Assembly (NCBI RefSeq): GCF_037902255.1
Contig: NZ_CP147990.1
Span: forward strand, 2,130,001 to 2,162,000
Source of the DNA: Candidatus Electrothrix sp. GW3-4
GTDB lineage: Bacteria > Desulfobacterota > Desulfobulbia > Desulfobulbales > Desulfobulbaceae
Length of the DNA: 32,000 nucleotides
Direction of reading: 5' to 3'
In this document: positions 26,230 through 32,000 of the stretch, one piece after another
Numbering within the stretch: the stretch's first letter is position 1
Layout: every line of letters starts with the position of its first letter
The notes under the pieces: generated by a model
The model's database searches: none
The model's input: only the letters and a program-made list of their open reading frames with translations
Told to the model about the DNA's origin: nothing
Position numbers and translations under genes: made by a program

Positions 26230-27714
26230 GTGTTGAAGATTTCACTTATTTCCCCTTATACTGACGTTACAGCAATTGGAGTACGTATTCTGTCCGCCGT
26301 ACTCAGGCAGGCCGGTCATGAAACCCAATTGATCATGCTACCTGATGCCTTTAGAGATAAAACTGTTTGTCGCGATGCTCCGCATTATAATCAAAAGATC
26401 ATCAGGCAGTTGTCCGAACTGTGCAGGGGCAGTGGGCTGGTGGGGATTTCTCTGATGACAAATTTTTTTGCTCATGCCATTGAGATTACCACCGGGCTGC
26501 GTGAGGTACTACAGATTCCGATCATCTGGGGAGGGGTTCATCCCACAGTACGACCAGAAGAATGTCTGGAGTATGCTGACATGGTCTGTATTGGTGAGGG
26601 AGAAGATGCGCTCGTTACCTTGGTAAACCGGCTGGAGAAGAACGAACCCTACACCGATATTCCAGGTATCTGCTATACCCTCGACGGGCAGATGGCAAAA
26701 AATCCCGTGCAGTCCCCTGAACCGAATATAGACCGTTTTCCCTTTCCTGATTACAGCATGAAGGACCATCATATCTTGTCGGAGAACATGATCGTCCCCA
26801 TGACCAATGAAATTATTAAAAAAAAGCTACAACGAGAAGCGTTGTTTGAGCGTCTCGGTTTCATAGGATATCAGACTATGACGAGCCGAGGCTGTCCGTT
26901 TGCCTGCACCTACTGCATAAATGATATGCTTAACCGGATGTATGGCAATAAAAAAAAGCTCCGCTGGCGTTCTGTGGACAATCTCATAGAGGAACTGATA
27001 CTGGTCAGGAAGCAGATGCCCCATGTTAATTTCATCCGGTTCTCAGATGATGAATTTTTTGCCCGCAAACCCGAAGAACTGGCTTATTTTGCAGTAGAGT
27101 ACAAGAAAAAGATCGATCTGCCGTTTTCCTGCCTGCTCAGTCCCATGTCGGTAACCAGAGATAAAATGGCCATGATGGTTGACGCCGGTCTTGTTCTGGT
27201 CCAGATGGGTGTTCAAAGTGGCAGCGAAAAAATGCAGCGACTTTTCAACCGAAAGATGATGCATAATCAGCGAATGATGCAGACCATGCAGATCATCAAT
27301 GAATTCAAAGAAAAAATTTATCCTCCGAGTTATGACTTTATTTTAGACGTGCCAGAGGAAACAGATGAAGATATCCTGGACAGCCTGCGTTTTATTTCCA
27401 AAATTCCGAAACCATACCGTCTCAATGTCTTCGGGTTAATCCCCTATCCCGGAACCCAAATGTACAACCTTGCCAAACAGCAGGGGTTAATTCGGAATGA
27501 GCAGGACCAGATCTACAGGCGTTTCTTTGCGATGAGAAAAATTAACTATTTCAATCTGCTCTTTGCATTCTGTCGCATGGGGAGGTGTCCGCATTTTCTT
27601 TTGAAACTGCTTATCAGCAGACCGGCTATCTTTCTCTTTAACAACAGGATATTTCTCCCCTGCATTCGCCTGTTTTATACAAGTGGAAAAAAAATTCGTC
27701 CCCAGACCTCATAA
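26230..27714 (+). CDS. B12-binding domain radical SAM protein (2 of 2)
   Basis: B12-binding region (LVGISLMTNFFAHAIEITTGLREVLQIPIIWGGVHPT). CX3CX2C in SRGCPFACTYCIN. GGAGG lies just upstream; the start is GTG 26230 or TTG 26233. Confidence 0.85.
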   Translation: MLKISLISPYTDVTAIGVRILSAVLRQAGHETQLIMLPDAFRDKTVCRDAPHYNQKIIRQLSELCRGSGLVGISLMTNFFAHAIEITTGLREVLQIPIIWGGVHPTVRPEECLEYADMVCIGEGEDALVTLVNRLEKNEPYTDIPGICYTLDGQMAKNPVQSPEPNIDRFPFPDYSMKDHHILSENMIVPMTNEIIKKKLQREALFERLGFIGYQTMTSRGCPFACTYCINDMLNRMYGNKKKLRWRSVDNLIEELILVRKQMPHVNFIRFSDDEFFARKPEELAYFAVEYKKKIDLPFSCLLSPMSVTRDKMAMMVDAGLVLVQMGVQSGSEKMQRLFNRKMMHNQRMMQTMQIINEFKEKIYPPSYDFILDVPEETDEDILDSLRFISKIPKPYRLNVFGLIPYPGTQMYNLAKQQGLIRNEQDQIYRRFFAMRKINYFNLLFAFCRMGRCPHFLLKLLISRPAIFLFNNRIFLPCIRLFYTSGKKIRPQTS

Positions 27715-27787
27715 ATTTTCAACAGAATACCTCCCAGCTCAATCGACCCAGTACTGACCAGTATAATGAAAAAATAATACCATTTCT

Positions 27788-29323
27788 ATGAAATATCGAC
27801 CTGTCCCTCTAGCGGAATCAAACGTGATTACAGATATATCCTCTAGCATTAATCGATCAATACTTTGTGTAATTGGTATAACAAAAAAAATACGCCTACT
27901 CCTCACATACTCCATTTATGTCACTGCAATCACGTTTATAATGAACAGTTCGGCTTCAGCAACAAAGAACACCGTGCCCGATTCCCCGTTCGGATTTACC
28001 CCAGCTGCTGTCATCCCACCGTTTAAATATAGCCTAAATAATCCATACACTTTTGCTACGGATTTAGGGGTTCGCTGGGACAGGTCGCTCAATTTCGTCT
28101 GGACACGTATTCAGCCCGACTTAACAACAGATCAATATGATTGGCCACACGACAGACAGCTAAGGGATGCCCCTCATGAAATTCGTTTACTCGCCAACAT
28201 TATGATCGGAGGTCCGCGCCATGATGCCCGATATGGTCAATATGCCTTGAGCAACAGAAGCTTTTTGCCAAGGGATGAACAGGCGTATACAAAATTCGTG
28301 CAGAATCTTGTGGAACGATATGACGGCGATGGCATTGCTGATATGCCCGGATTACGCGTCCCCATAAAATACTGGCAGGTTGATAATGAACCTCCTCATG
28401 GGCTCAATGACTATGCCGCATTTCTCCAGATGACCTACAAAGCCATTAAAGAAGCTGACCCGAATGCCAAGGTGCTGATCGGAGGTGTTCCCGGTTTTCC
28501 GCCGGTATCTCAATATATTGCCAATTTCGACCGGAACTACCTGCCCATCCTGGATGAACTCGGCCAATTTGAAGAGCATTGTTTCGATATATTTGATCTT
28601 CACTGGTACGGGAATGCAACAGGGGACTATTTGGGGATCAAAGATGCCTATGCGCATATTCAAAATGCCTTAAAGGAAAGAAAGTTATTGCCTCCAGACG
28701 GTGTCTGGATTACGGAGATGGGGGCATACAGCGGCGATCCATCCCCAAAACGGATACTTTCTTTTATCGATTTCCCTTTGCAAACAGAAAAACAGCAGGC
28801 TGCTGATCTGGTTAAAAGGAATGTGTATGCTCTTTCTTTAGGGATAAAAAAAATATTTATGTGCTTCGGTATAACGGAGGGATTCAAGCATACCGGGGGA
28901 TATTTTGATTTCACAGGATTAATCTATGACGGAAGATACGACCACGACCAAGGGAAAGGCGTTAAGAAACTTGCCTATTACACCTACAAAAAAATGACGG
29001 AAATCTTGGAAGGCTCGGATTGGGCAAGTATACAAACTCTGCAACAGAAAGATGATATTCATATCTACCGATTGAACAAAAACGGAAAAGCTGTCTGGAT
29101 CGCCTGGAATGATAGCGGCACAAAGACGTCAGTTAGCTTACAGTTAGATAACAAACAGCAACAGGTAATAATTACGGAATCTGTTCCTGCCTCTTCATCA
29201 GGAAAAAATCTTACCTCTTCCTCTGTAATTTTTCGAAAAGTTGACGGAAATATATCAACCTCTTCTCCTCCCAACTTGTCTTTTGAGTTAAATGATGTTC
29301 CTGTATTTATAGAAGAGAGGTAG
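27788..29323 (+). CDS. Putative exported clan GH-A (TIM-barrel) glycoside hydrolase
   Basis: KYWQVDNEPPHG (NEP acid/base-type motif) and VWITEMGAYSG (TE nucleophile-type motif) lie about 107 aa apart. Hydrophobic signal-like segment KKIRLLLTYSIYVTAITFIMNSSASA. The true start may be an internal TTG or GTG. Confidence 0.55.
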   Translation: MKYRPVPLAESNVITDISSSINRSILCVIGITKKIRLLLTYSIYVTAITFIMNSSASATKNTVPDSPFGFTPAAVIPPFKYSLNNPYTFATDLGVRWDRSLNFVWTRIQPDLTTDQYDWPHDRQLRDAPHEIRLLANIMIGGPRHDARYGQYALSNRSFLPRDEQAYTKFVQNLVERYDGDGIADMPGLRVPIKYWQVDNEPPHGLNDYAAFLQMTYKAIKEADPNAKVLIGGVPGFPPVSQYIANFDRNYLPILDELGQFEEHCFDIFDLHWYGNATGDYLGIKDAYAHIQNALKERKLLPPDGVWITEMGAYSGDPSPKRILSFIDFPLQTEKQQAADLVKRNVYALSLGIKKIFMCFGITEGFKHTGGYFDFTGLIYDGRYDHDQGKGVKKLAYYTYKKMTEILEGSDWASIQTLQQKDDIHIYRLNKNGKAVWIAWNDSGTKTSVSLQLDNKQQQVIITESVPASSSGKNLTSSSVIFRKVDGNISTSSPPNLSFELNDVPVFIEER

Positions 29324-29341
29324 GATAATTCTATCTCCCCC

Positions 29342-30277
29342 ATGCGCCAACGCTTCCTCCCCCTTGGCCTGATCCTCGCCGCGATTTTCGCCCTGACCCT
29401 GCCACAGGCAGGCCTTCTGCTTGCCGAGCAGGGCGGCATCAAACTCACTATCCTTATTATTTTTCTGGTTAGCGGTTACCAGACCAGCACTGCCGGGATA
29501 CCGCTCAACAAAGGCCTCCTCCATGTCTTCCTGGTCGCAGCAGCAATCTCTCTGCTGCTGGCCCCCTTGCTTGGCCTGGCAATAGGTACCCTGCTTGCCC
29601 TACCCTCTTCGCTCATGATTGGGCTCCTTATCATTTGTGCGGCCCCCCCCACCCTGTCCTCCGGGATTGTGATTACCGGGCTGAGCGGCGGCAATACCGT
29701 CTTGGCCCTGCTGCTCACCATTAGCCTTAATCTTACCGGCATCCTGACCCTGCCCATCGTCCTTCATTTCTGTCTCAAGGCCAGCGGACCCGTCTCAATT
29801 AACCAATGGGCCCTGTTCAGCAAGATGCTGCTTTTGGTGCTGCTGCCCTTTCTTCTCGGCAAGCTCCTCAGAACTGTATTGAATAAACAAAAAATCTCTG
29901 CACACTGGGGCTATGTCAATTCCAGCTGTGTGATCCTGGCGGTCTATATTTCACTGGCGATGTCCAGACAGGAATTCTTCCGCACCGGTTTAGGGGAATA
30001 CCTTGCCGTGCTTTATTCGGTCGCCCTGATCCATCTCCTCCTCCTGGCCCTCAACACCTTGGCAGCAAAGGCGCTCCGGCTTCCTTCAGCAGATGCAAAG
30101 GCCCTGCTCTTTGTTGCCTCGCAAAAGACCCTGCCCGTCAGTCTGGCTGTGCTCGCAGGCCTGCACCAGGATACAGGCAATGCTGTGGTTGTCTGCCTGC
30201 TCTTTCATTTTAGCCAGCTGCTTATAGACTCGGTTTTGGCCTCCCGGCTCCGCTCCAGGGAAGAACAGGCTGTATAG
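29342..30277 (+). CDS. Bile acid:sodium symporter superfamily transporter, SBF-like/SLC10A7-type
   Basis: About 10 TM helices. RFLPLGLILAAIFALTLP...ILIIFLVSG and LIICAAPPTLSSGIVITGLSGGN match the SBF-like pattern. Confidence 0.75.
   Translation: MRQRFLPLGLILAAIFALTLPQAGLLLAEQGGIKLTILIIFLVSGYQTSTAGIPLNKGLLHVFLVAAAISLLLAPLLGLAIGTLLALPSSLMIGLLIICAAPPTLSSGIVITGLSGGNTVLALLLTISLNLTGILTLPIVLHFCLKASGPVSINQWALFSKMLLLVLLPFLLGKLLRTVLNKQKISAHWGYVNSSCVILAVYISLAMSRQEFFRTGLGEYLAVLYSVALIHLLLLALNTLAAKALRLPSADAKALLFVASQKTLPVSLAVLAGLHQDTGNAVVVCLLFHFSQLLIDSVLASRLRSREEQAV
29643..29650 (+). repeat. C8 homopolymer mid-gene in the transporter CDS
   Basis: Direct read: gcc ccc ccc acc (A P P T). Confidence 0.9.
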
Positions 30278-30357
30278 AAAAAACAGCATAAAAAAAGGGA
30301 GCGCCTCTCAGCCCTCCCCTTGCTTTCTCTTCTATGTCGTGTACGCTGCTTGCAGAT

Positions 30358-31305
30358 TCAGCCCTTTTTCCGAGCGTCCTCTTCCTGCTTGAGCCGTTCA
30401 CGCTCAGCCTTAAGCTGCATATACTCCTTTTCAACCTGACGCAGCGAATCATCCTGACGCTGCTTTATCTCCTCGACCTTTTCCTCTATCTTCTCTTTTC
30501 TCAGTTTCAGGCCCTCAGCGCCGAACAGTGTATTGGCAAGGTACTGAAAGGAAAAGAGCATCAGGGCGACATCGTCTTCCTTAATTTTTTCCACGGTCTC
30601 CTGATCAACTTCATAGGAGTCAAGAAAGGAGCTTTCAAACACAAAGCGGCGGAAATGGTCCAGGTCTGTGGAAGCCATAAAGAACATCCTCTGGGCCGCT
30701 TCAGACAGATTGGCCTGATGCCCAAAAGATTTGCGCCGCATCACCAGGCGGAGCCATTCCTTATTCATTTCATCACGGAGATCAACACCCTGATCATCCC
30801 GCCATTCTCCGATGGTCCATTTTTTCGGCTCTTCAAAACCCTTACAATGGGGCTCTTTAACCAGGAAAAAGAACTTATCTTCTTTGACGTCCTCGCCTCC
30901 TTCATGAAAATCAGCCATACCCACGGGATAATAACGACAGGATGTGGGCCGATCCTCATACACAGAGCATCCTTCCGGAGTGACAAAAGGGCAGGCCTTT
31001 TTATCCTCAGTCAGCTTTATCTGCACACCGGGCATATCGGTTTTTTCCAGATACGTTGGCTCGGTATATTGTACTATAAATTCGTGAGCAGGGATATTCA
31101 ACCGTTTCCGCAGGATCAAAATATCGTACGGTGTCAGGACAATCTGTATATTATGGCAGCAGGCCGTAAAACAGCTGACCCCTGGATGGCATTCAAACTG
31201 CAATGGTGAATCCAGGGTTAACTTTTCAGGCATGATATTGGATGGATTCTTATTCGTCCCCTGCGTAAAATCATTTTCCATATCAGCGCCTTTGGTATCG
31301 CTCAT
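30358..31305 (-). CDS. YkgJ-family (CxxCxxCC-type) cysteine-cluster protein with a C-terminal coiled-coil tail
   Basis: FECHPGVSCFTACCHNIQIVLTPYDI and KACPFVTPEGCSVYEDRPTSCRYYP are the family signature. The last ~55 aa are Lys/Glu-rich heptad-like sequence. Confidence 0.7.
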   Translation of the reverse strand: MSDTKGADMENDFTQGTNKNPSNIMPEKLTLDSPLQFECHPGVSCFTACCHNIQIVLTPYDILILRKRLNIPAHEFIVQYTEPTYLEKTDMPGVQIKLTEDKKACPFVTPEGCSVYEDRPTSCRYYPVGMADFHEGGEDVKEDKFFFLVKEPHCKGFEEPKKWTIGEWRDDQGVDLRDEMNKEWLRLVMRRKSFGHQANLSEAAQRMFFMASTDLDHFRRFVFESSFLDSYEVDQETVEKIKEDDVALMLFSFQYLANTLFGAEGLKLRKEKIEEKVEEIKQRQDDSLRQVEKEYMQLKAERERLKQEEDARKKG

Positions 31306-31642
31306 TCTTATCCTCGTTATTTATCTCTTATAAAAAATATTTATTTTCAAACAATCAGTAAAAAATTAATACATATTACCATCAAGAGGTCGGCTGTCAA
31401 ACGAAACTTGCCTTTTTCGCCTATTTCCCTTGCTCGACGTTCAAATTCACAGCTCCTTCTTTCCTGCACTCCACTCCTCAACTTTACTATGCCGTCGTGT
31501 TTTCCTAGGAATGAAGGGAGTTCCCTTGCTTTTTTCCCAAAAGAAACTATAATTTATTTGGGTACAGAGTCAGCAGGACGGGCGGTGAATCCCTGAGATA
31601 TTACCGACCCCGTTGCTATCAGATCATTACGTAACTAATTAT

Positions 31643-31840
31643 ATGAAGAAAATATTCGCGACTCCGATCGACTACAGTAAGGTTGAGACCTTAGTCTACC
31701 ATCTGCCCGACGGACCTTCCCTGTCTATGGAGATGGACGGAGCAGAAGATCTCTTTGACTTGGACATGGAACTCGGTGACATCTGCGACACCTCGGATAT
31801 AGATGGTGTTATCCACTTCTTTCCCAGAGGAAACGCCTGA
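31643..31840 (+). CDS. Small acidic hypothetical protein (65 aa from ATG 31643; the ORF opens at TTG 31613)
   Basis: The ORF is followed 35 nt later by a strong terminator. There is no recognisable domain and no clear RBS. Confidence 0.4.
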   Translation: MKKIFATPIDYSKVETLVYHLPDGPSLSMEMDGAEDLFDLDMELGDICDTSDIDGVIHFFPRGNA

Positions 31841-31875
31841 TCAACCGGCTCTCTTTTTTCTGAATATGTAAAAAA

Positions 31876-31900
31876 CCACTCCGTACTGGAGTGGTTTTTT
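31876..31900 (+). terminator. Rho-independent terminator (bidirectional architecture)
   Basis: A6 run, then stem CCACTCC (31876-31882) paired with GGAGTGG (31888-31894) over a 5-nt loop, then a T6 run. Short open minus-strand frames run in from the window edge (stops at 31935-31937 and 31938-31940), so a convergent gene is possible. Confidence 0.75.
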
Positions 31901-32000
31901 CATTTCCACTTCCTTCCACATGCCTGATTTACCACTACTTAATATAACCGAAGACCATCACGTCCATACCCGCTACTGTAACCATGCTGTCGGGGAGATG

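Noticed and set aside
30297-30318. GGGAG...CTCCC stem after the transporter gene as a terminator for the convergent gene pair
   Set aside because: The stem is only 5 bp with a 12-nt loop, which is too weak to call.
30334-31209. 291-aa ORF on the + strand
   Set aside because: It is antisense to the YkgJ-family CDS, which carries clear family motifs. The + strand translation has none.
31425-31530. 10-bp direct repeat TTCCCTTGCT (31425-31434 and 31521-31530) in the divergent intergenic region, and the 62-aa ORF at 31408-31596
   Set aside because: A single short repeat pair is borderline relative to chance. The ORF has a TTG start, no RBS and a low-complexity sequence.
1-32000. Search by eye for CRISPR arrays, long tandem repeats, rRNA/tRNA genes, in-frame TGA (selenocysteine) candidates and a Moco riboswitch upstream of the molybdoenzyme
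   Set aside because: No regularly spaced repeats or RNA-gene signatures were found. All large ORFs are uninterrupted. The molybdoenzyme leader is short (about 70-80 nt from the candidate promoter) and lacks recognisable riboswitch features.

Overview
The window has four blocks. All functional calls come from reading motifs in the supplied translations; no database search was possible.

(1) 1-6037, + strand: the distal part of a type II secretion (T2SS) operon. It holds the 3' end of an unidentified CDS, a GspN-like gene, a PDZ-less GspC-like gene, a GspD secretin with an extra C-terminal TPR module, and the GspE ATPase.

(2) About 6.1-9.3 kb: two adjacent insertion sequences. The first encodes an unclassified 535-aa DDE transposase. 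The second is an IS3-family element whose orfA and orfB overlap at an A9 tract, with orfB in the +1 frame rather than the usual -1 frame.

(3) 9629-13391, - strand: a three-gene Tat-dependent molybdopterin oxidoreductase operon of the PsrABC/PhsABC/TtrABC type, ending in a clean bidirectional terminator.

(4) 13.9-29.3 kb, + strand: an 11-gene co-directional cell-envelope polymer locus.
- Export and polymerisation: Wza-like, Wzx-like, a Wzc-like co-polymerase with degenerate kinase motifs, and a Wzy/O-antigen-ligase-like protein.
- Tailoring: an LpxL-family acyltransferase, two B12-binding radical SAM enzymes, an alkaline-phosphatase-superfamily phosphodiesterase, a secreted ASST-like beta-propeller, a PAPS-type sulfotransferase and a clan GH-A-like hydrolase.
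- Downstream: an SLC10A7/BASS-type transporter, a convergent YkgJ-family Cys-cluster protein and a small acidic ORF.

No rRNA, tRNA or CRISPR array was seen.

The most interesting signal is the envelope-polymer locus. It has the full export/polymerisation set and an unusual tailoring set (two unrelated sulfotransferase families, two cobalamin radical SAMs, a lipid-A-type acyltransferase) but no recognisable glycosyltransferase. Gene content is compatible with a Desulfobacterota-like anaerobe, but that is a guess.
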